64,000 bases of DNA from a bacterium (GTDB taxonomy: Bacteria > SAR324 > XYD2-FULL-50-16): the NCBI GenBank assembly GCA_032250835.1, contig JAVVEA010000012.1, positions 32,001 through 96,000 on the forward strand, read 5' to 3'. Under the pieces are notes generated by a model. The model did not search any database. It saw nothing but the letters and a program-made list of their open reading frames with translations, and was not told where the DNA came from. How positions within the stretch are numbered: the first letter of the stretch is position 1; every line of letters begins with the position of its first letter. Below are positions 1 to 8,387 of this stretch, in pieces. The translations under genes were made by a program, and so were the position numbers.

Positions 1-1
1 G

Positions 2-643
2 GCGGGAGCGCTCCCGCTCCTGTTAAAAGGCTTTTGGGTGACCTTAGAAGTCTCTGCGGGGGGCCTGCTCTTGGCGTTGGTGGTGGCTTTCTGGGTGGGC
101 ACCGCAGGGCTGATGCCCTGGCGTAGTTTGCGCTGGTTGGCTTGGGGTTATGTGGAATTTTTCCGGGGCACCTCGTTGCTGGTGCAGCTCTTTTGGCTCT
201 ATTTTGTGTTGCCCTTCTTCGGCGTGGAGTTGAGCGCCCTGTTGACCGCTATCCTGGGGTTGGGCCTGCATATCGGGGCTTACGGTGCCGAGGTGGTGCG
301 CGGAGCGCTGCTTTCGCTACCTAAAGGTCAATTTGAGGCCGCCCAGGCCTTGGGGCTAAATTTGCGCCAGACCATGGTCCGGGTCATCTGGCCCCAGGCT
401 TTTCCGGTCATGTTGCCTTCACTGGGCAACCTCAGCATTGAGTTAACGAAGGCCAGCTCGCTGGTTTCGCTGATCACCCTGGCGGACCTGACCTTCCAGG
501 CCCAAAGCTTACGCAACGCCACCTTTGCTACCGGGCCGATCTTTGGTTTGGTCTTAGTTTTCTATTTCCTGCTTTCCTCGCTGCTCGCTTGGGGCAGCAA
601 AAAGGCCGAAAGGCAGTTTGCCTGGAGGCGTCATGGTCTTTGA
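2..643 (+). CDS. ehuC: Ectoine/hydroxyectoine ABC transporter permease EhuC (5' end probably outside the window)
   Basis: HisM-type permease motifs YVEFFRGTSLLVQLFWLYFVLP and AYGAEVVRG...GQFEAA; frame is open back to the window edge; followed by EhuD- and EhuA-like genes. Confidence 0.8.
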   Translation, partial: AGALPLLLKGFWVTLEVSAGGLLLALVVAFWVGTAGLMPWRSLRWLAWGYVEFFRGTSLLVQLFWLYFVLPFFGVELSALLTAILGLGLHIGAYGAEVVRGALLSLPKGQFEAAQALGLNLRQTMVRVIWPQAFPVMLPSLGNLSIELTKASSLVSLITLADLTFQAQSLRNATFATGPIFGLVLVFYFLLSSLLAWGSKKAERQFAWRRHGL

Positions 644-1307
644 TTGGGGCTTTGCAGCCGAAATCTTGCCCGAGCTGGTGGACGCCTTGGGCCTCAGTTT
701 GCGGGTCACCGCGCTGAGCTTTACCCTGGCGTTATTGCTGGGGATGGTGCTGGCCTTGGGCCGCCGGGCGCAGTCGGGCTGGGTTGCCAGACCCGTCAGT
801 TGGTTCGTCGAGTTCATCCGGCGCACCCCGCCGCTGGTGCAAATCTATTTGCTCTATTTCGCCGCGCCCGCCTGGGGGCTGCAATTAAGCCCCTTTTGGG
901 CCGGCAGTCTCGCTTTGGGCCTGCATTACAGTTGTTACCTCGCCGAGGTTTACCGCGCCGGGATCGAGTCCATCCCCAAGGGGCAGTGGGAAGCTGCCCA
1001 GGCTCTAGGAATGCCCAAAGGTCTAGTCTACAAGGATGTGATCTTGCCCCAGGCGCTGCCGCCGGTCTTGCCCGCTATGGGCAACTATCTGATTGCGCTC
1101 TTTAAAGACACCCCTCTGCTCTCGGCGATCACGCTGTTGGAGTTACTGCAAGCGGCCAAGATTCTGGGCGCGTCTTACTTTCAATATCTTGAGCCCTTGA
1201 CCCTGGTGGGCCTGCTCTTTCTGGTGGTGAGTTTGACCTCTTCGGTGGGGTTGAGGCTGCTGGAACGCTGGCTTCCCCAGGCGGGCCTACCCATGAGGCA
1301 CCGATGA
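633..1307 (+). CDS. ehuD: Ectoine/hydroxyectoine ABC transporter permease EhuD
   Basis: N-terminus [11 protein letters not shown] typical of EhuD; EFIRRTP and AEVYRAGI...GQWEAA motifs; ATG at 633 follows GGAGG. Confidence 0.8.
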   Translation: MVFDWGFAAEILPELVDALGLSLRVTALSFTLALLLGMVLALGRRAQSGWVARPVSWFVEFIRRTPPLVQIYLLYFAAPAWGLQLSPFWAGSLALGLHYSCYLAEVYRAGIESIPKGQWEAAQALGMPKGLVYKDVILPQALPPVLPAMGNYLIALFKDTPLLSAITLLELLQAAKILGASYFQYLEPLTLVGLLFLVVSLTSSVGLRLLERWLPQAGLPMRHR

Positions 1308-2065
1308 TCCAAATTGAAGGACTAAAAAAGCGCTACGGCTCTAAAGAAGTGCTCAAAGGCCTCGACCTGAACATCCCCGCCGGAGAGCGCCTTTCGATCA
1401 TCGGGCCTTCGGGCTCAGGCAAGTCCACCTTGCTGCGTGTGTTGATGGCTTTGGAGCCCTATCAGGAGGGTCAAGTGCGGGTCGATGGCGAATTGCTGCG
1501 CTTCCCTAAAGTACAGCCGAAGCTCCCCTTTTGGGACTCTAAGGACCTGCGCCGCTACCGCCGAAATCTGGGCATGGTGTTCCAGCATTTTAATCTCTTC
1601 AACCACATGACGGTCTTACGCAACCTAACCGAGGCGCCCTGCCGGGTTCTGGGCTTAAGCGCCACCGAGGCGCGCCAGCGGGCCGAAGAGTTGTTGGAGA
1701 TGGTGGGGTTGCAGGACTTTGCCCAGCGCTTTCCGGGCCAGCTTTCGGGCGGGCAAAAGCAACGGGTGGCGATCGCCCGTGCCTTGGCCATGCGCCCCAA
1801 GGTGATGCTTTTTGACGAAGTCACCTCCGCCTTGGACCCCGAACTAGTCGGTGAGGTCTTAGGCGTCATCCAGCATCTCGCCGAAGCCCACGAACTAACG
1901 ATCTTGATGGTCACCCACGAGATGAGCTTTGCCCGGCGCATCTCCGACCGGGTCCTATTTTTTGATCAGGGGTTAATTGTGGAGCAGGGCACCCCCGAGC
2001 AGATCTTCGACCACCCCCGCCATGAGCGCACCGCCCAGTTTCTTTCGGCGGTACATAGCCCCTAG
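1304..2065 (+). CDS. ehuA: Polar amino acid/ectoine ABC transporter ATP-binding protein EhuA
   Basis: Walker [10 protein letters not shown], signature [25 protein letters not shown] overlap with ehuD. Confidence 0.85.
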   Translation: MIQIEGLKKRYGSKEVLKGLDLNIPAGERLSIIGPSGSGKSTLLRVLMALEPYQEGQVRVDGELLRFPKVQPKLPFWDSKDLRRYRRNLGMVFQHFNLFNHMTVLRNLTEAPCRVLGLSATEARQRAEELLEMVGLQDFAQRFPGQLSGGQKQRVAIARALAMRPKVMLFDEVTSALDPELVGEVLGVIQHLAEAHELTILMVTHEMSFARRISDRVLFFDQGLIVEQGTPEQIFDHPRHERTAQFLSAVHSP

Positions 2066-2514
2066 GTTTCTAAATAGACCACCAAGTCCACCAAGGTCAG
2101 TTCGCCGATCACTTTGCCTTGGGCGTCTAAGACCGGGACTTCCTTGACGTTGCTGTCGATCATGCGGCGCAGAAGGGCCCGCACCTCCTCTTCGGGCGTG
2201 CAAAACAGCGGGTGCTGGATCATCAATTCTTCGGCCCGCTCTCCGGTGATCAACGAAAGCAACCGGCGGCCATGGACCTGGGGCAAGTGGTCTTGGGCCA
2301 AAAGAAACCGGACCAAGTCCTTGACCGCTAGGGCTCCCTTGAGTCGGTTTTGTTCGTCGACTACATAAAACAACCGGTTGCAACGGTAGCGGTCTAAGGC
2401 CCGGACCCAATCGGCCCGTTCGGCCTGGGTCGGGAGGGTCGGGATTTCGCGGTGCCCGATGCGCTCCAGCAAATCGGACACGCTGCTACGTCGGTCCTTT
2501 TTACTCATCTTCAC
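2062..2514 (-). CDS. CBS domain pair protein
   Basis: [11 protein letters not shown] and [15 protein letters not shown]-type motifs; overlaps the 3' end of the antiporter gene. Confidence 0.8.
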   Translation of the reverse strand: MKMSKKDRRSSVSDLLERIGHREIPTLPTQAERADWVRALDRYRCNRLFYVVDEQNRLKGALAVKDLVRFLLAQDHLPQVHGRRLLSLITGERAEELMIQHPLFCTPEEEVRALLRRMIDSNVKEVPVLDAQGKVIGELTLVDLVVYLET

Positions 2515-3778
2515 CTCCCTTAGACCCTCTCTGGCCCGCTTCGCCAGCCAGATTCAACGCAAAGCGGATGAAGAAGGGGCTGATCAATTCGTTTAAGACC
2601 ACCGTAGCTAAAATACCGTTAACCAATAAAGAGCCCACGGGGCCCGCTGGCAAACTGGCTTTGGCCGAGAGCACTAAGCCCACGGCCACCCCCGCCTGGG
2701 GCGTCAGCCCCAAACCTAGATATTTGACCACCTGCGGCGGGCTTCCGCTAACCTTGGCGCCCAACCCGGCCCCCAATAACTTACCTAAAAAACGCGCCAG
2801 CAGGATCAATACCGCTAGGGCCCCGGCCTGAGGCAAAACACTCAAATCCAGATGGGCCCCGGCGAGCAGAAAAAACATCCCGAAGATCGGCTCTTCGATC
2901 TCTTCGACCACCGCAAAAAGGTCTTGGTGGTGCTGTAAGAAGTTAACCAAAACAAAGCCCAAGGTCATGTTGGCCAGCAGGGGCGAAGCCCCTAAACTAT
3001 GGGCCAATCCAGCACAGAGAAAGAGCGCGCCCCAGGCGACGCCAAAAAGCCCCAAACCGGGAGAAAAATGACGCGCCACCAGGGCCATAGCCCAACCAAG
3101 CACCCCGCCCAGCAGCAGGGCCAGACCAATTTCACGCCCAATAAACCCGAGTGAGGCACCCCAAGAAACCACCCCTACGCCCACCAAGGCCAAGACCCCC
3201 GTTTTGGCCAAGGCAAAGGCGGTGATGCCCAGGGCATCGTCGATAGCCACGACCCCCAACAACAATTGGGTCAAAGGGCCATCGGCACGGACCTCATGGA
3301 TCACCGCTAAAGTCGCCGCCGGGGCGGTAGAGACGCAGAGCGCTCCGATCATGATGGCCAGAGGCAATAATTCAGTGCGCCAGTCCAAAGAAGGATCGAC
3401 CACCTGACCCAACCCATAGGCGGCGACCACCGCCAAAAAAGGAAACAACATGGCCCCAAAGCCTTCGGCCAAAGTCACCGTGGCGATCTGAAGCCCTAGT
3501 TTTTTAAGCTGTTTCCAGCGCAACACCCCGCCGATGGAAAAGGCAATCGCCCCCAGGGCAATGTCCGTGATCAGGCCCAAACGCTCCTCGACCACCGTTG
3601 CCGAAAGCAGTCCGGTCACCGAAGGGCTAGCCAGCATCCCCACCACCAGATAACCGGTTACCTTAGGTGAATGGAGGCGGTGGGCCAAGAGCCCCGCCGC
3701 ATGGCTAAGCAGCAGCAACAGGCCGACAAAGACCAGCGGATGGGCCGATTGGAAGGGAACCAGAAAAGACGAAAACAT
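2501..3778 (-). CDS. Cation:proton antiporter (CPA2/Kef-like family)
   Basis: Highly hydrophobic; STAPAATLAV and GVVAIDDA motifs; FFLLAGAHL and GLGLTPQAGVAVGL. Confidence 0.85.
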   Translation of the reverse strand: MFSSFLVPFQSAHPLVFVGLLLLLSHAAGLLAHRLHSPKVTGYLVVGMLASPSVTGLLSATVVEERLGLITDIALGAIAFSIGGVLRWKQLKKLGLQIATVTLAEGFGAMLFPFLAVVAAYGLGQVVDPSLDWRTELLPLAIMIGALCVSTAPAATLAVIHEVRADGPLTQLLLGVVAIDDALGITAFALAKTGVLALVGVGVVSWGASLGFIGREIGLALLLGGVLGWAMALVARHFSPGLGLFGVAWGALFLCAGLAHSLGASPLLANMTLGFVLVNFLQHHQDLFAVVEEIEEPIFGMFFLLAGAHLDLSVLPQAGALAVLILLARFLGKLLGAGLGAKVSGSPPQVVKYLGLGLTPQAGVAVGLVLSAKASLPAGPVGSLLVNGILATVVLNELISPFFIRFALNLAGEAGQRGSKGGEDE

Positions 3779-3995
3779 AAAGATGTCCTGAAAGCCTGGG
3801 GCAAATGTTTGTTTTCATATTGTCATAAATTGCGCTAAATTGCAGTTAAATCCCGAATCAAGAAGGGATTTTTCTCAAATTGTTTAGTAAAATAGACTAC
3901 AGTCTTACCTACCACCCTGAAGGCCAACTAGTGAACTACTTTGCGAACGACCCATTGAAAGGGGGAAACATGGGCAGTCTTCCCAAACTATTTTA

Positions 3996-5210
3996 TTGGC
4001 TATCACCCTACTGAGCCTTTCGTTGCCTGCCTCGGCCATCGAACGACGACAGAATCAATTTTTAAACGAAGAAAGTTATATGTTTGTTCCGCTGCCCTAT
4101 TCGATTCCGGGCATCGGCCAAGGCGTCATGTTTACCGGGCTGGCGGGCAACGCGCTGGGGACCTATACGGACCTTTACCTGTTGGCTATCACCGGTGACG
4201 CCAGCGGACAAATCTTGGGCCTCGAAGACATCCATCTGGTGGATGAGACCTTAATTTTCAATTATTTTTATCAAGGCCTCAATAAAGCATCGGTGCAAAT
4301 GTACGAAGCAAGGGGGATGGATACCCAAAAGGACGACTTTCAATTCATCGTCTTAGATAAGGTCACCGGCACGGACACCAACCTATGGTTGACCCTTTGG
4401 GAGCGCCGGATTGAGGCCTATATTGGCCGCTGGAGTCAGGGCGTGGGGGTGACCGCTATCAACGATGCCGAAGGCAACCTGCTAGCCAGTTACGACGAGT
4501 CCTATACCTTCGAGAATCAAACCAACTATTATGGCTTGCGCCTGGACTATACCGACGACCGGCAAAACCCCTTCGCCGGAGTTCGCCTTGAGGCCCTACG
4601 CACCTCGAGCCCGCCGAGTAACGACTTACAGCCGGACTATTATGTAGTCACCAAGTCGGCCTCCGCTTACATCCCCATTGGCAAAGCGAGTACCTTCGCC
4701 TTCCACCACCGGGTTTCCGATGCCATCGTCAACCGCGAGGGCGAGACCGACCCCTTGGCCATTGCCGCGGAGCAGGGAGTGACCTGCAACGACGCAGATG
4801 CAGCCTGCTTAGCGGCCGTTGAGTCGCTAACGGCGACCACGGCGGCAGAACGTAAATACGGCACCGCCGAAGATCTGGGCGGTCAGAACCGCCTGCGGGC
4901 TTATCCCCAAAGCCGGTTTAAGGGTGCCCATTCGCTCTATCAGTCCGCTGAACTACGGCTCACCCTTTTTGACGAAGTGACCCCCTTTAACTTCTGGATC
5001 TGGAAAGACGTCAGTACCGGAATCCAACTGGCCCTCTTTTATGAACAAGGTGCCGCCAGCGACGACGCCAGCGAACTGACCTCCAAGCTACGTACCTCTA
5101 ACGGAGCCGGTATTCGGATGGTTTCTGGCTCGGGCTATGTCTACCGCTTCGACTTAGCCCAAGGCGACGAAGGCAGCCAGACGACCGTCATGTTCGCTTA
5201 CCCCTGGTAA
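3996..5210 (+). CDS. Omp85 (BamA/TamA-like) outer membrane beta-barrel without obvious POTRA domains; start uncertain
   Basis: Signal-peptide-like N-terminus; LGGQNRLRAYPQSRF resembles the Omp85 (V/L)RGY lid motif; C-terminal FAYPW beta-signal. Confidence 0.6.
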   Translation: MAITLLSLSLPASAIERRQNQFLNEESYMFVPLPYSIPGIGQGVMFTGLAGNALGTYTDLYLLAITGDASGQILGLEDIHLVDETLIFNYFYQGLNKASVQMYEARGMDTQKDDFQFIVLDKVTGTDTNLWLTLWERRIEAYIGRWSQGVGVTAINDAEGNLLASYDESYTFENQTNYYGLRLDYTDDRQNPFAGVRLEALRTSSPPSNDLQPDYYVVTKSASAYIPIGKASTFAFHHRVSDAIVNREGETDPLAIAAEQGVTCNDADAACLAAVESLTATTAAERKYGTAEDLGGQNRLRAYPQSRFKGAHSLYQSAELRLTLFDEVTPFNFWIWKDVSTGIQLALFYEQGAASDDASELTSKLRTSNGAGIRMVSGSGYVYRFDLAQGDEGSQTTVMFAYPW

Positions 5211-5223
5211 CCCCCAACGGACC

Positions 5224-5892
5224 ATGTCAAATCCCCCGGACCTAACCGCCCCCGCCCAAACACCACGCCAGGAGCTGGCCAACTGGCTTTTGCACGGCTT
5301 AGGCTTAGTCTTAAGTACCGCCGGGGCGGCGGTGGCCATCACCTTCGCGGGGATTTACGGTAACCTTTGGCATATTGTGGGCGTTTCTATCTACGGCGCG
5401 ACGCTGGTCATCCTCTACGGTTCTTCGACGCTCTACCACGCCGCCCGCTCCGAGGTGGCCAAGCGGCGGCTGAGGATTGCCGACCATATCGGCATCTTCT
5501 TGTTGATTGCGGGCACCTACACCCCTTTCACCTTCGTGACGCTACAAGGAGGCTGGGGTTGGAGCATTTTCGGGGTACAGTGGGGGCTGGCTTTGGTCGG
5601 TATCTGCTTTAAGCTGTTTTTTGTGGGCCGGTTCCAGCTGATGTCCACCCTGGCTTACTTGGGGATGGGTTGGATGATTGTGGTGGCGATCTATCCTTTG
5701 TACCAAGCCCTGGCCCATTGGGGCTTGTTTTGGCTAGTCGCCGGGGGGCTGGCCTATAGCCTGGGCACCCTTTTCTTCCATAAAGAAGAGTATGGATACA
5801 ACCACGCCATCTGGCATGGTTTTGTGATGGTTGGGTCGGTTTGCCATTTCATGGCGATCTTCTTTTTTGTGATCCCTGAAGTGACCCAATAG
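5224..5892 (+). CDS. Hemolysin III/PAQR family membrane protein (TrhA-like)
   Basis: ELANWLLH, SSTLYH, DHIGIFLLIAGTYTPF and HAIWHGFV motifs. Confidence 0.92.
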   Translation: MSNPPDLTAPAQTPRQELANWLLHGLGLVLSTAGAAVAITFAGIYGNLWHIVGVSIYGATLVILYGSSTLYHAARSEVAKRRLRIADHIGIFLLIAGTYTPFTFVTLQGGWGWSIFGVQWGLALVGICFKLFFVGRFQLMSTLAYLGMGWMIVVAIYPLYQALAHWGLFWLVAGGLAYSLGTLFFHKEEYGYNHAIWHGFVMVGSVCHFMAIFFFVIPEVTQ

Positions 5893-5987
5893 GGAAACTT
5901 GTCAGATGATTTTACAAGAATAAAACATCCCCTTGATTAGCCAACTCCTTTTGTCCTCTAGTTTGGGGCCATCAGAAGGAGTTGCCC

Positions 5988-8387
5988 ATGGACCTCAAGA
6001 AGCGTGCCCTCTCGCTCATCCCGCTAGACCGGATACTGCGCTGGTATCTGCGCCACAAAGACAAAGAATATTTACTCCGCTTCATCGACGGAATGGCCCA
6101 CATCGGCCAGCCGAGCCAAGTCTTTTTTCCGCCCGAACTATTTGAGCAAGGCGCTTCGCTCCTGCTTTCGGGCTTAAACAACACCCTGGCGATCCAATCA
6201 AACCCCAACTGGGTTTGGCCCTATTGGGTCGAGCGGCAGCAAGATCCCGAAGGGGACGACTTCGTGCCCACCGGGGTGAACTTGGTCTTAGGCAACCTGA
6301 CCCACCGTAACTGGACTTCTATCGGCATCAAAGGCAGCCGCCTCGAAGCGATGGTCGATCCAGTCGGGATGACCACCATAGAGCCCTTTGGTTGGTCGGT
6401 AATGCCCTTTGTGCGCTACCAAGACCAACTGGCCTTACCGCCCCGTCTAGCCGAGCAGAGCCAGCAAAAACTGGGTCCCGACCAGATTCCGGTGGTGGTT
6501 ACCTCATATAACTGCTTTAAAGACCTTGAATGGAGTTTCGAGGCTCAAGCGCTCTTGACCCAAGGCGAAGAGCTGGTTTGTTTCGCCCAGCGGTTTACCA
6601 ACCGCTCAAAGCAAACCCTCCGATTCACCGCCGGATTCGCCCTGCGGCCCTACAACGCGCTGACCATCGGGCACATCAACAAAATCAAATACAAAAACCA
6701 GCTTTGGCGCATCAACCGCCGCCCTGCGCTGTGGCTCCCGCGCCCGCCGGACCGTAGCTTTGCCGCTGGCGGCACCGAGCCCGACCCGCTCTTAGGCCAG
6801 ACCCAGGTCCCCCAAGTCAGCAAACTCCGCAGCCTTTCGGGCCTCTTGGCGGGCCAATCGGAATATGACCTCACCTTAAAACCCGGCGAAACCTTGGTGC
6901 TACGCGCGGCGGCCCCCATGGCCCGTCACGGGGCCTTGGAAAAACGCTTTGAGCATTTAAGCGAAGCGGCTCTGGCCCAAGCGGTGGACCGCTCTGTCGA
7001 TTTCTGGCAGCTGAGCCAGCGCCGGGGGATGAACTTAACGGTCCCTCGCCATGACCTGCAAGAGGCCTTCGGGGCGGTTAAAAACCACCTGCATGTCTTT
7101 GACGATGGGGACCGCTTCACGGCGGGTACTTACTTTTACCATTTTGAATGGCTGCGCGATTCGGCCTTTTTGGCGCTAGCCTTTGAGAACTTGGGCTTTT
7201 CTAAAGAAGTGGCCCAAAAGGTTCCGGGCTTTTTGAAGTTCCAAGACAAAGAAGGTTGTTTTAAAAGCCAAGACGGCGAATGGGACGGCCCCGGTCAAGC
7301 GATGGTTACCTTGATCCGCCACTTCACCCGCGCCGGTGACGACGAATCCCTGAAGCGGTATTTCTCTAAGCTCTACAAGTCCGCCCAGTGGATCGAAAAA
7401 ACCCGCCAGCTGAGCGCCAATGGCCCCGCCCCTCATGGCGGCCTGTTGCCTGCCGGGCTTTCGGCCGAGCACTTCGGCCCCAACGACCATTATTTTTGGG
7501 ACAACTTTTGGGGTTTAGCCGGCATGATGGCGTTGCTTGATGTAGCCCGGCGCTTAAACCTACGGACCGAAACGGCCTGGCTAGAAGATGCCTCAGGGCG
7601 CTACCGTGAGCGGATTTTTCAGGTCGCCGCCCAGGCTTCGTCCAAGGCTCCCGAAGGCGGCCTGCCCTGTTCCATCTACCGGCATTTAGACACCGCCGCC
7701 ATCGGCAATTTGGTGGCCCTTTGGCCGCTGGATTTGATCAGCCCCTTTGAATCCTGGGTGGGTCCGACGGTAGAGTTTTTATACCGCAACAACCTCAAAC
7801 AGGGACTCTTTTACCAGCAGATCATCCACACCGGCCTCAATGCCTACCTTTCGGTACAGTTCGCCCAGGTATTACTCGCCCGGGGCGACGAGCGGGTTTG
7901 GGAGGTGATCGAAGCGCTCTTGAAAATGGGCGGCCCGACCTACGTTTGGCCCGAGGCGATCCACCCCAAAAGCCACGGTGGCTGTATGGGCGACGGGGAC
8001 CATGGCTGGGCGGCGGCCGAGTTCGCCAACCTGATGCGCTGTCTTTTGGTGAAGGAACAACAAGGGGAATTGCTCTTCGGGTTGGGCTTACAGGCCGACT
8101 GGCTGAGTGAGGGCGCAAAAATTTCGATCCACGAGGCCCCCACCGATTTTGGCTTGGTTCATTGGGATCTGACCTGCAAACAAGAGCTCATGACCTTGAC
8201 TTGGTCGATCCAACGCGGCCCCTTGCAAACGCGTGCTTCGGCCTATTTGATGCTACCGCGCGGGCTGGTGAAGGGACCCCATTGGGGTCAAAATAAAACC
8301 CGGATCGCCCTTGAAGGCGAACAGGGCCAACTGACGCTGCTCCGGGCCGATGGCCTAGCGGCTCCACTCCAATCAAAAACGGCATGA
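5988..8387 (+). CDS. Putative six-hairpin (alpha/alpha)6 glycoside hydrolase/phosphorylase-like protein
   Basis: YHFEWLRDSAF, EWDGPGQ, YFWDNFWGLAG, WPE and GDGDHGWAAAEF motifs resemble six-hairpin glycosidases; ATG at 5988 follows GAAGGAG. Confidence 0.6.
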   Translation: MDLKKRALSLIPLDRILRWYLRHKDKEYLLRFIDGMAHIGQPSQVFFPPELFEQGASLLLSGLNNTLAIQSNPNWVWPYWVERQQDPEGDDFVPTGVNLVLGNLTHRNWTSIGIKGSRLEAMVDPVGMTTIEPFGWSVMPFVRYQDQLALPPRLAEQSQQKLGPDQIPVVVTSYNCFKDLEWSFEAQALLTQGEELVCFAQRFTNRSKQTLRFTAGFALRPYNALTIGHINKIKYKNQLWRINRRPALWLPRPPDRSFAAGGTEPDPLLGQTQVPQVSKLRSLSGLLAGQSEYDLTLKPGETLVLRAAAPMARHGALEKRFEHLSEAALAQAVDRSVDFWQLSQRRGMNLTVPRHDLQEAFGAVKNHLHVFDDGDRFTAGTYFYHFEWLRDSAFLALAFENLGFSKEVAQKVPGFLKFQDKEGCFKSQDGEWDGPGQAMVTLIRHFTRAGDDESLKRYFSKLYKSAQWIEKTRQLSANGPAPHGGLLPAGLSAEHFGPNDHYFWDNFWGLAGMMALLDVARRLNLRTETAWLEDASGRYRERIFQVAAQASSKAPEGGLPCSIYRHLDTAAIGNLVALWPLDLISPFESWVGPTVEFLYRNNLKQGLFYQQIIHTGLNAYLSVQFAQVLLARGDERVWEVIEALLKMGGPTYVWPEAIHPKSHGGCMGDGDHGWAAAEFANLMRCLLVKEQQGELLFGLGLQADWLSEGAKISIHEAPTDFGLVHWDLTCKQELMTLTWSIQRGPLQTRASAYLMLPRGLVKGPHWGQNKTRIALEGEQGQLTLLRADGLAAPLQSKTA

